Source of the DNA: a virus
Taxonomy: Duplodnaviria > Caudoviricetes
Virus record (IMG/VR): IMGVR_UViG_3300032212_000088
Coordinates: 1 to 35,938 of that record
Reading direction: 5' to 3' (one strand)
Length of the DNA stretch: 35,938 nt
Shown in pieces: positions 16,703 through 25,506 of the stretch. Below the pieces are notes generated by a model. That model did not search any database, was not told where the DNA came from, and was given only the letters and a program-made list of their open reading frames with translations. Made by a program: the position numbers and the translations under genes. The stretch's first letter is position 1; each line of letters begins with the position of its first letter.

Positions 16703-19011
16703 CAGGGCAAGACCCAATCATCATGCGCGGCCGCGATCGACTCGCGGAAAGGCTCCAGGTCCAGGACGTAAGGCTCGCCGTCTTGATCGACCGGCATCCG
16801 CGCTTGCGGTGAATCCGGCTCGCCAAACGTCACATAATAACGCCCTGGGCCGCCTGGCCCTGGCGTCAGCCAGGCGCGCCGCAGATCCGAAAACGGAAGC
16901 ACACGGCCGGAGGAGTCAAACATCGGCGACACATCAGCGCCATATTCGTCCAGGCCATCAATCACCGCATTGAAGCGATCGGCGCGCAACCAGCTGGGCG
17001 CCACAACCGTTACGGCATTGACCCGGCCGACACCGATATTGCGATCGCGGCCGCTTTGAACAAAGCCGCCATATTGCCGATCGCCCACATATTGCGCGCC
17101 CGCGGCCGAATTCAGCGCGCGCTCATAGAGCGCTCCGTCAAACTCAGTAATACCCTGGCGGCGCGCCTGCGTCTCATAGATCGCATCGGCCGTCCGGCGA
17201 ATAAGGCCCGGCGTTTCGCCTGGCAACCACCGCGCCAATTGCTCGGCCGGGCCGGTCAACTCGTCGCGCAAGGCCCGATCGATGCGCGAATCGAAGCCTT
17301 CTTCTTGTGCCAGGGAAAAACCGGCCTGCGCATCGATCGCGGCCGGGTTGCGATCATTGACCAGGAGAAGCCCGCCCAAATGCGCCAGGATCGGCTGATC
17401 CCCGGCGATCTCGCGCAAGGCGTCCGGCGCGGCATCGCCATAGCCCGACACCACAATTTGCGAGACAGCCAGGGCCGAGACGTTGCCCGAATCGACGGCC
17501 GCGCCCAGGGCGTCCCGCTCGCTTCGCGTGAAGTAGCGCGGCGCAACGCCATAATGACCGGCAATCTCCTCGACAATGGCGCGGCGTCCGGCCAGGGCCG
17601 ACACCGCGGATTCGGGATCTGCAAAATCCGGACGCGGCAATTCATCCACCAGGCCCGCGGTTTGCGCATACCGGATCGGATCTTCATTTAGCGCGGTGCG
17701 CGCGCGGGAATACGCCGTTTCCAGATTGGAGATCCGGCGCGCATCCTCCGGTGACGCCAGGCCATCCGCCTGGGCGGCGGCCCGCGTTTCGATGATGGCG
17801 GATTCCAGCGCCGCCAGGGGCGCACGCAAGGCGGCCGTCTGGATCTGCACATCGCTATGGATCTCCTGGGCGCGCTCGGCCAGGAGATCGCCCTCCAGCG
17901 TTCCAAGTGACGACGCCTCCAGGAAGATCCTTTGCAGATCATCATCGGCGACGGGCAGACCCGCCTGGGCCACGTCCTCATAACCGTCCAGGACGCGATC
18001 GATCGATGCGGCCTGGCGATCGAGCCCGCGCTCGATCTCGCGAAGCTGCGCATTGCGTTGCGTTTGCGCGCGGGTGATCCCGGTATCCATGCGGGAGGCC
18101 AGGCGATCGAACGCCGTGGCATCCAGCTGGCCATAACGGCCTTCCTGCCAATCGCCTTGAAACTCGTCGCGGAATTGGCGCATCGCATCCAGATCGCCCA
18201 GGCGCTCAAAGGCGCCCAGGATGCGGCCGCCCTCGACATTCGTGGCGGCGGCGTTCAATTGCGCGTTGATTTGCTCGACCGTCAGAGCACCCGCCCGATT
18301 CTCGTCTGCCTCATATTCGCGGCCGTTCAGGGTGAAGGCACCGCGCGGGCCGGACGCAACCAACAGATCCGATAGGCTGGCGATCTCTTCGCCGATCGCC
18401 GCATCCGCCGCGGCATCGAGGCCCGCGGATCTCGCCATCCGATCTAGGAGATTAAAGCGCTCCTGCAATTGATCTTCGACGGCCGCGCGGTGCGAGGCGG
18501 TTTGCCGGGAGATCTCCTGGCGGGCGGCATCGCGCTGATAGGGCAGAACCGCACGATCGAACATTTGTTCGAAATCGGGCGCGATATCCGCAAAGACGCG
18601 AGCGCTGCGCACTTCCTGGCGATAAGACGCCAGGGCGTTATTCAGGGCCAGCGGATCATCGCGGTGCGTGAGCGCCAATTCATCCAGGCGGCGGCGCACA
18701 TCGGTTTCCAAATGCGCCGTATAAGACCGGATGGCGGCGGCGTTATAGGCGCGGCCGCGGATCGTATCATCTTCGCGCGGGCGGAATTCGGCATCGAGCC
18801 CGGCAAGGGCGCCCTCCCGCTCACCGTCTCTGGCGGCCGCGGCGTCCAGGCGATCGCCGATCTGCACCGACATGCGCCGGAGCGATTGCGCGACGTTGGC
18901 GGCCGCGTCACCTTCACCGCTCACCCAATCAAAGGCGGTGCCGATCGGCGATGGCGAACCGCGGCGCGCTAATTGTGGGGCGGCAACACCGCCTGGGCGT
19001 CGATTAGCCAC
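16702..19011 (-). CDS. Internal virion protein
   Basis: Long helical ORF in the ejectosome position; GTG start at 19011 overlaps the upstream stop. Confidence 0.65.
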   Translation of the reverse strand: MANRRPGGVAAPQLARRGSPSPIGTAFDWVSGEGDAAANVAQSLRRMSVQIGDRLDAAAARDGEREGALAGLDAEFRPREDDTIRGRAYNAAAIRSYTAHLETDVRRRLDELALTHRDDPLALNNALASYRQEVRSARVFADIAPDFEQMFDRAVLPYQRDAARQEISRQTASHRAAVEDQLQERFNLLDRMARSAGLDAAADAAIGEEIASLSDLLVASGPRGAFTLNGREYEADENRAGALTVEQINAQLNAAATNVEGGRILGAFERLGDLDAMRQFRDEFQGDWQEGRYGQLDATAFDRLASRMDTGITRAQTQRNAQLREIERGLDRQAASIDRVLDGYEDVAQAGLPVADDDLQRIFLEASSLGTLEGDLLAERAQEIHSDVQIQTAALRAPLAALESAIIETRAAAQADGLASPEDARRISNLETAYSRARTALNEDPIRYAQTAGLVDELPRPDFADPESAVSALAGRRAIVEEIAGHYGVAPRYFTRSERDALGAAVDSGNVSALAVSQIVVSGYGDAAPDALREIAGDQPILAHLGGLLLVNDRNPAAIDAQAGFSLAQEEGFDSRIDRALRDELTGPAEQLARWLPGETPGLIRRTADAIYETQARRQGITEFDGALYERALNSAAGAQYVGDRQYGGFVQSGRDRNIGVGRVNAVTVVAPSWLRADRFNAVIDGLDEYGADVSPMFDSSGRVLPFSDLRRAWLTPGPGGPGRYYVTFGEPDSPQARMPVDQDGEPYVLDLEPFRESIAAAHDDWVLP

Positions 19012-19738
19012 GGCCGGAAACCCTCGCAACAGTTGATCCAAAATCCCCGACCGATCCCAGGATTGACGAACCGCGCAGCCCTTTCGCCTGGTTTGAAAGC
19101 TGGCGCGCCTTGCGGCGGCGGATTGATCGGCGGATCTCGCCCGCATCGCGGAAGCGATCGATCTCGCGCTCGGCGCGCTTGCGCGTCAGCTTGGCGGCGT
19201 CACCGACAATACCAGACGACAGATCAATGCCGGACGCCGCGAAGGCCACACGCTGGCGCGCGATCGTGGCGAGCATTTCCTCGCTGCGATCATTCGCCTG
19301 GCGCAGCGCCTCGTTGCGCTCTTGATCGCCAAGATCCATTTCCTGGCCCGCCTGCAGATCCATTGCCGAGGCGCGCTGAAACCCGGCCGACATGCTCGAC
19401 AGGGACGAAAACGCGGAAGACCCAACCTCCAACAATCGGGCTATTCCGCCAGACGAACCAGCGGCCGACGCGGCCGATGCGGTTGACGCCGCGCCGCTTG
19501 CCGCGCCAGACGCCGCCGACGAAAAGCCCAGGGCATTAGCGCCCGTTGCGCCGGACGCCGCAGCGCCACTCGCGCCAGACAACACAGATCCAACTTGCGC
19601 AGACAAAGCAGACCCGGCCGAAACCGCGGCCGATCCGGCCGCGGTCGCAGCACTGGCAACGGCAGACCCGGCCGCGCCCGCCGCGCCAGCGGCGGCAGAT
19701 CCAACTGCCGCCAGGGCGGCCATAGCAAATTGCGGCAT
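19004..19738 (-). CDS. Internal virion protein (T7 gp14-like), Ala/Ser/Gly-rich N-terminus
   Basis: QRVAFAASGIDLSSG motif; lies after the nozzle gene. Confidence 0.65.
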   Translation of the reverse strand: MPQFAMAALAAVGSAAAGAAGAAGSAVASAATAAGSAAVSAGSALSAQVGSVLSGASGAAASGATGANALGFSSAASGAASGAASTASAASAAGSSGGIARLLEVGSSAFSSLSSMSAGFQRASAMDLQAGQEMDLGDQERNEALRQANDRSEEMLATIARQRVAFAASGIDLSSGIVGDAAKLTRKRAEREIDRFRDAGEIRRSIRRRKARQLSNQAKGLRGSSILGSVGDFGSTVARVSGRG

Positions 19739-22161
19739 TAGTTTATCCTCGCATCATAGATCGCGGCGCGCACTTCCAGCGGCGCGCGATAGGCTTGGGA
19801 GATTGTGAATTGACCTTCCAGCGTGTAGCCGATCAGGCCGGATATCCGGATCTCGCCCGTGAAGAGATCGCTATCGACCGGCCCCAATCCGCCAACACCA
19901 TATTGACGCACCGGAACACGCCGGGCGGGACGGCCATTGGCGGCGATCTCCAATTCTCCGGCACCTTCCACCATAAGCGCGACTTCGAAGATCCGCTTTT
20001 TTCGGTTGATCACAGACCCGCCAATGTCCGCGCGGATCGGTAAAATTGTCCATTCGGTTGGATAGCCCAGGCCCGCGCGGATCTCGGTGCCTTCAAATGG
20101 CAAGGCGACAGATCCGGACGATACAAGCGCTTCGCCGCCCGCGGCGCCGTCAATCCATAATTCCACCGTCTTGCCTTCCAGGTGATCGAAGCCCGCGGCC
20201 GTTTCAGCGGGCGCGCCGAGCGTCACCGTCTTGCCCGCATCATACAATTCGGCCGCATCGTAAACCTCGACGCGATAGACATACGCGCCATTAACCTGGC
20301 GTTTGACGGCCGCATAAAGCGTCCGGTTGTTTTCAACAGCCAGGGCTTTGATCTCGCCATCGGTGTCGACTGGCCACCAGGCGCGAAAATTCTGCGACAG
20401 GACGGCGGACATAACCGCGGCCGTGCCGTCTGAATTCACCACCCAAAGCTGATCGGGATCACTTGTCCGGCCGCCCTGGCGGTGCGCCATTGCGACCGGC
20501 GAAGAGAGAAGATGCGAGGACAGGACAGACAGGCTTTCAGATCGATAGCTTTGCTCGGCATCCGAGAAGATAAAGCCGCGCAATTGCTCGCCGCCTTCCT
20601 GGATAAACAGGACAGCGCCCTCCAATTCAAAAACATTGATTCCGTCTTCAATGCCGCGGCGCGTGGCGATCGTCGCCGAAAACGGACCATCCTTGGAGAT
20701 CGATCGATCGGCCACGTAGAATTCGGCCGCATCGGTGAAGATCTGCAGATTGCGCCCAGGATAAATGCGGCGGATCCGCTTTACCTGGTCGGCATCGATG
20801 CGCGCCTCGAACGCTCCATCGGCCTCCTCGATATCGGTGTCAAAATTGAAAAAGTCACCCGTGACCGACAATAACAGGGAAGAGGGACGCTCCCGGAAGC
20901 CGCCCAGGATCGTGCGGCCCTGGTAGAATGTGCCGCAGGCTGGATAGCCGCGGGTGGAAGACATGATCGCCTCGCCGCCATATTCCCCGGTTTGCGTGCG
21001 GTTAACGTCAAAAACCTCGTCACCCGATCCCAGCATCCAGACGCGCAGGACCATGATCGGCCAGGGCCGGGATCCCGCATCATTTGTAAACTCGACCTCA
21101 TAAACGTCATTGTAAGGCGACGTCAGCGCCGTGACCGTGACATTGCCGGAGCCCACATTGTCGAGCGCTTGCAGCGCATCGCTGATCCGCGTGACCATCG
21201 TCGCGGGCGTCGCGCTGAAAACGATCGCGCCGGTTGTCTCGGTGCCAAGCTGCAAGGTGAAGCGCTCGAAATTGTCCGTCATGTTTTCGAGCCAGACTTC
21301 CTGCTTTTCATTCACCCCGTTGGTATAAGTCTTGTCGCCAAAATCCACGTCCGGCAGATTCTCGAACGCCTGGTCGCGGAAATCCCATTCGCTATCGCCG
21401 CCCTGCCGATAGATCCGATAGGGCGCCACATCGACATGAAACAGCACCATCGTATCCAGCGATTGCATGTCTGAAACGGTCGGGATCTGCGCAGACGTGT
21501 ATGGCAGACGCGCGGATCCGACGCGCACCTCATTGCGATAGATATCGACATGCCCGGCCGTCAGAAAAAGCGCATAGGCCGCGTCCGAATCGTAAGCAAA
21601 ATCCTGGCCGACAACCTCGGATTCCGTGCCGTCCTCGACAAAAAAATCCAGGGCAACAACGCTCACAAAATCCGCAGACGCCGCCGCGGACATATAACAG
21701 CGCCAATAGCGCGCGCTAACAGTCTGCCCTGGATCCAGCGCGGCCCGGCGCGATCGCGCCACATTGTTGGATCCGGAATCAAACGTGGATCCGAACGCCG
21801 TCCAGCTGGCCGCATCATCAGAGTATTCGATCTGGAAGGCGTCGCTATGCTCGGCCGAGATCAGGATATCGCGCACATCGACCGCCGAGATCTCGGTTGC
21901 CGATCCAAAATCAGCCTGGATCGCGACCCGGCCGCCAGGCGTTGACGGGACACCACCCGCGACCGCCACCATCTGCGTGCGATAGGACAGGCCCGCATCG
22001 CGAAAACCGCCGCGCGGGCGGTACAGACCTGCCGGGCGGGGCTCGCAATTGCGAAGAGACGCCGCGCCGGTATCGTATAATTCCAGATCATCCCGGCCAA
22101 TGAGATCGGGATCAACCTCCCCCGCCGAAAGGCTTGTTTGACGGCCGCGGACATTTGGCAT
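19738..22161 (-). CDS. Tail tubular protein B/nozzle (T7 gp12, P22 gp10-like)
   Basis: QTSLSAGEVDPDLIGRDDL N-terminus; GYPACGTFYQGRTILGG beta-propeller motif. Confidence 0.85.
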   Translation of the reverse strand: MPNVRGRQTSLSAGEVDPDLIGRDDLELYDTGAASLRNCEPRPAGLYRPRGGFRDAGLSYRTQMVAVAGGVPSTPGGRVAIQADFGSATEISAVDVRDILISAEHSDAFQIEYSDDAASWTAFGSTFDSGSNNVARSRRAALDPGQTVSARYWRCYMSAAASADFVSVVALDFFVEDGTESEVVGQDFAYDSDAAYALFLTAGHVDIYRNEVRVGSARLPYTSAQIPTVSDMQSLDTMVLFHVDVAPYRIYRQGGDSEWDFRDQAFENLPDVDFGDKTYTNGVNEKQEVWLENMTDNFERFTLQLGTETTGAIVFSATPATMVTRISDALQALDNVGSGNVTVTALTSPYNDVYEVEFTNDAGSRPWPIMVLRVWMLGSGDEVFDVNRTQTGEYGGEAIMSSTRGYPACGTFYQGRTILGGFRERPSSLLLSVTGDFFNFDTDIEEADGAFEARIDADQVKRIRRIYPGRNLQIFTDAAEFYVADRSISKDGPFSATIATRRGIEDGINVFELEGAVLFIQEGGEQLRGFIFSDAEQSYRSESLSVLSSHLLSSPVAMAHRQGGRTSDPDQLWVVNSDGTAAVMSAVLSQNFRAWWPVDTDGEIKALAVENNRTLYAAVKRQVNGAYVYRVEVYDAAELYDAGKTVTLGAPAETAAGFDHLEGKTVELWIDGAAGGEALVSSGSVALPFEGTEIRAGLGYPTEWTILPIRADIGGSVINRKKRIFEVALMVEGAGELEIAANGRPARRVPVRQYGVGGLGPVDSDLFTGEIRISGLIGYTLEGQFTISQAYRAPLEVRAAIYDARIN

Positions 22162-22163
22162 CG

Positions 22164-22787
22164 CTATTGCCTCGCATGTGTCAGGGGATCGCCATTGAGA
22201 TCAAAACCATCGACCGGGCGGCCGTGCGCATCCATCAATTCGGCCATTGCCATTTCGCCGCCATGCCCCATTTCGGACGGAGCGCCGAAGGCTTGCGCAT
22301 ACAAGCGATCATGCTCGGTGCGATTCTCGGAGATCGAGACTGCATATTGCGCGGCGAGGGCGGTTTCCGTCACGCGGCGGAAATATCCCGGCCACAGATC
22401 CGGAACAACCAGGGCGCGGTAGAGCCCGAAGATCACCGCCTCATTGCTCCACAACTTATCGCCCGCGATCTCAAAATTCGCGAACGGCGTCTGACTTGTG
22501 CCAGGATAAACCGCCTGAAACAGCCCCAGGCGATCGGGCGGAAGCTGATGCTCATAAGACCAGCGCGGCGAAACATTGACCGGGCTGGCATTGCGGGAGA
22601 GTGTTTTTCCGATCAGATTGAAAGACCAGTCCGACCAGGACAAAAGCGACTCCGTCACAGACGTATAAAGCCGCCCGACCTGGGCTTCATAATCCCCATC
22701 GGCCGGATCCAGGGAGTTGGCGGGCGCCTCACCGACCCGCGCCAAAGCGCGGTTTGCCATTTCGACGTCGGTCAGAACACCCGCCAT
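22164..22787 (-). CDS. Tail tubular protein A/adaptor (T7 gp11-like)
   Basis: VEMANRALARVGE...WSF...WSYEHQLPPD...WPGYF. Confidence 0.8.
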   Translation of the reverse strand: MAGVLTDVEMANRALARVGEAPANSLDPADGDYEAQVGRLYTSVTESLLSWSDWSFNLIGKTLSRNASPVNVSPRWSYEHQLPPDRLGLFQAVYPGTSQTPFANFEIAGDKLWSNEAVIFGLYRALVVPDLWPGYFRRVTETALAAQYAVSISENRTEHDRLYAQAFGAPSEMGHGGEMAMAELMDAHGRPVDGFDLNGDPLTHARQ

Positions 22788-22798
22788 GCTTCACCTAT

Positions 22799-23248
22799 CT
22801 AGAGCGCCGCAATAACAGCGTTCAGCTTCGTTGCGTTTTCACGCACCGCCGCGATCAATGCGGTGATAATCGCCGCATCCGTACCTGCCGGAGTGCCGGT
22901 CAGAGCCGGGAGATCACCGTCACTTGTGCCGCCAATGGCGCCAGAGTTTTCGGTGAGCGCGGCAATACCGCCAAGCGAAGCCTGATCCGCCGTAACGCCG
23001 GTCAAAGCCACGTCGCCGGTCGTTTTCGTGACCGCATAGATCCGGCCGGACATGGTGCCGTCCAGATCATAAGCGACAATGATCAGATCGCCGGTTGCCA
23101 TTTTTTCGGCCTGGCCGTCGAAATAGCCATCGGTTTCAACCTGGGCTTTGGTGTCGTTGGTGACATAATGCCAGATCCGATTGACGGATCCGGCCGCGAG
23201 AGCGGCGCCTTGTTTGACCAGCGCCAGGCCAGATTCAGTAAAAGCCAT
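22799..23248 (-). CDS. Putative capsid decoration/head-fibre protein
   Basis: WHYVTNDTKAQVETDGYF...GDLI; C-terminal KLNAVIAAL amphipathic helix; follows the capsid gene; AAGGA RBS. Confidence 0.5.
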   Translation of the reverse strand: MAFTESGLALVKQGAALAAGSVNRIWHYVTNDTKAQVETDGYFDGQAEKMATGDLIIVAYDLDGTMSGRIYAVTKTTGDVALTGVTADQASLGGIAALTENSGAIGGTSDGDLPALTGTPAGTDAAIITALIAAVRENATKLNAVIAAL

Positions 23249-23267
23249 GAGCCTTTTTCCTTTTGTT

Positions 23268-23296
23268 TGGCGGTGACGGCCGAAGCCGCCACGCCA
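23268..23296 (-). other. Stable hairpin with C(UUCG)G loop after the capsid gene
   Basis: Minus strand TGGCGTGGCGGC-TTCG-GCCGTCACCGCCA; no U tract, so more likely mRNA-stabilising than terminating. Confidence 0.5.
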
Positions 23297-23312
23297 GAGT
23301 CATTGCCGACGA

Positions 23313-24182
23313 TTAAGCGTCAGCGACCAAATTGGTTGCGTTGCCGAACGGCGTGTCGTTATCGGTGTGGATCGGGATCACGCCATTGGTGACATGCAGG
23401 CCCGAACCAATCCGCACCCGGCCATTCACGAAAAACGCCGCCTTGGTATTTTCCCAGGAGATCGTGGTCGTGATATCCCGGCCAACAGCGCCCAGGACGG
23501 TCGGCAGGTGGATCAGATAATTGATCTGATTATCCGTGCTCGCCAGCGGCAGGCGATTGTGGCTCATCCAATACATGCCATTCCACCAGCGCATTTTCTG
23601 CTTGGTTTTGAACGGCAGATCATCGCCGCCCACCCACTCGGCATTGGCATATTGCTTGTAGGTTTCCATGTGCAGGATGGAATTCGGCGAGCCCAGGAAC
23701 AGCCAATCGCCTTCCTGATCCGGCCATTCCAGCGTCAGCGCGCGCTCGCGCGCTTGCTGGGCCAGGGCAACCGACATGGGATTAGAATAGTCGCCGATCG
23801 CCGTTTCGGTGGTTCCCGCCAGGGCGGCGATGATGATATCATCCACCTTGCGGCCGAGCGCCATTGCCGCGCTGGCCTGGGCGGTATCGCGATCGTCTGG
23901 CGCCATCGCGTCCAGATCCTCTTCGTCAATCCATTCACCCGCGTAATACGTGCCGAGCGATACCGTCACATTCGAGCGATCGGCGTTCATCACCGGCACA
24001 TCATCATGCCGATTCTTCGGCCCGGCCGTACCGGATCCGGCGACGAAAAACTTGGCGGCTTCGCCAGGATTGACGCGCTTGTTACGGATCAGCGGCAGAA
24101 GTTTCGAGCCGCGATCCTGGAAGACGTGGCGCACGCCATCGTCAAATTCTGTTTTGAAGTGTTCGCTAACTTGGTGAGTCAT
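23313..24182 (-). CDS. Major capsid protein
   Basis: VRHVFQDRGSKL...YYAGEWIDEED...AMALGRKVDDIIIAAL; position after the scaffold gene. Confidence 0.85.
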   Translation of the reverse strand: MTHQVSEHFKTEFDDGVRHVFQDRGSKLLPLIRNKRVNPGEAAKFFVAGSGTAGPKNRHDDVPVMNADRSNVTVSLGTYYAGEWIDEEDLDAMAPDDRDTAQASAAMALGRKVDDIIIAALAGTTETAIGDYSNPMSVALAQQARERALTLEWPDQEGDWLFLGSPNSILHMETYKQYANAEWVGGDDLPFKTKQKMRWWNGMYWMSHNRLPLASTDNQINYLIHLPTVLGAVGRDITTTISWENTKAAFFVNGRVRIGSGLHVTNGVIPIHTDNDTPFGNATNLVADA

Positions 24183-24300
24183 AATTGCCTCTTGGGGGTT
24201 GATTCAATCTTTGCGTTGACTGTCCAAGAGGCGCGGTTGCCGGGGGCTGGAAGACCAGGAGGCCCGGCGTGCCGCGGGTTGGCCCGCATCGCTGATCCGG

Positions 24301-24354
24301 AGGCTAAGGCCGCCAGGCGGGCGGGTGACTAATTTTTGGCGGATTAGTCACCCG
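24301..24354 (-). promoter_or_regulatory. Putative late promoter of the capsid gene with palindromic upstream site
   Basis: TTAGTCACCCG-N15-TAGCCT; a second inverted copy forms CGGGTGACTAAT-N9-ATTAGTCACCCG (24322-24354). Confidence 0.7.
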
Positions 24355-24359
24355 GCACC

Positions 24360-25136
24360 CTAAGCGCGCTTGTCAAAGAACGCCTTGGCCTTTGCGTCCA
24401 CATCAGCGCGATAATCCGGATCGTGCGCGGCGCTCGACGTGCGATATCGCGGATCCGCGCGCATTTCGCGGATCTTCTCTTCGCTCATGCCGCCCGCGCT
24501 GGATCCGTCGCCAGACGTATCAATGCCGGTTTCCTTTGTCATGGCGCGCATCTTCTCGATCAGCGCGACACCGTTGGCCGTCGCCATGATCAATTGCGCC
24601 TCGCGCACCTCGCCTTCGGTAAACTTGTCCTGACTCACCATGCCATCCATCCAGGCATTCAGAGTGTCGCGCCGCGTTGTCGCCTTGTCGGCACCGCCAA
24701 GCGCGTCAATCTCGGCATCCGGATCCAGCGCATCCGGCGCCAGGCCGGACGCGGCCATGTCTTCCATCAGGGCGGGCAGGAATTTGTGCAGCGCATCCTT
24801 GCTGATCCCGGCCTCGCGGGCATGGTCGCGCGTTTTCTGCCAGATCGGATCCTCGTCGGGGATCTCGCCATAGGCGTTTTTCACCGTATCGGACAGAGCG
24901 AGCGCGCCGTAATCCTCTGACTTCTCCGGCACACCTTCACGCATCGCATTGCGCGCACCCTTCCAGCCCTCGATCGCTTTGCCGAGCGCCTCCTGGGGCG
25001 TGTCCGCCTGGAATTGCTCCGGCAGATCCTTTTTCCAGGCATCGTCACCGACATCGCCCGCGGCGTTGTCCTGGGCGTCACCGGCCGCGTTTTCGTCAGC
25101 GGCGGCATCGGCGTTTTTATCGCTATTCTCTTCCAT
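24360..25136 (-). CDS. Capsid scaffolding protein
   Basis: Acidic, low-complexity N-terminus; VPEKSEDY; C-terminal MRADPRY; upstream of the capsid gene. Confidence 0.75.
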   Translation of the reverse strand: MEENSDKNADAAADENAAGDAQDNAAGDVGDDAWKKDLPEQFQADTPQEALGKAIEGWKGARNAMREGVPEKSEDYGALALSDTVKNAYGEIPDEDPIWQKTRDHAREAGISKDALHKFLPALMEDMAASGLAPDALDPDAEIDALGGADKATTRRDTLNAWMDGMVSQDKFTEGEVREAQLIMATANGVALIEKMRAMTKETGIDTSGDGSSAGGMSEEKIREMRADPRYRTSSAAHDPDYRADVDAKAKAFFDKRA

Positions 25137-25506
25137 CTTCGGATCCTGTCTCTGTTAATTGGCCATCGTGATATCGCCGCAAGGCGCCAATAAGCATTGC
25201 GGCGATCGAGTTTTGCCCTTCCCGAAAAAGACCGATATCGCGCATCTTGTCAGACGGCAGAACCAGAAAGCCCGGCCCCGCCCAGGTCGGCGATCGCAAT
25301 GTCGCGTCCAGGATGGAATTCATCACCACCCGCCCGGCATCGGTTGAAAAAATCTCCTGGCACGCCTGGTCGAATTCCGGATCCGGCGCGGTGAAATCCT
25401 CGCCGGTTACGTCCGACAGTGTGGCCGCCAGATGATCCCACCCATTTTCATTGAACGCCTGGAGGAAATCATCCACCGGCTGCTGGCTGTTCGCCTTGTT
25501 GTCCAT
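25123..25506 (-). CDS. Bbp19-like protein
   Basis: IFSTDAGRVVMNSI...FREGQNSIA motif between portal and scaffold. Confidence 0.65.
   Translation of the reverse strand: MDNKANSQQPVDDFLQAFNENGWDHLAATLSDVTGEDFTAPDPEFDQACQEIFSTDAGRVVMNSILDATLRSPTWAGPGFLVLPSDKMRDIGLFREGQNSIAAMLIGALRRYHDGQLTETGSEDGRE

Noticed and set aside
14630-16771. 713-aa plus-strand ORF and other long antisense ORFs (e.g. 11616-12902, 7784-8779, 23367-24332, 28390-29346)
   Set aside because: Shadow frames opposite well-supported genes in high-GC DNA, with no recognisable motifs.
19440-19730. Ala/Gly/Ser repeats as a tandem DNA repeat or separate element
   Set aside because: Low-complexity coding sequence of the internal virion protein N-terminus, without exact periodicity.
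20854-20864. Additional late-promoter copy (AAAGTCACCCG on the plus strand; also partial GGGTGAC near 29430)
   Set aside because: Lacks the TTA start and the TAnnnT element at 15 nt; the first is also on the wrong strand.
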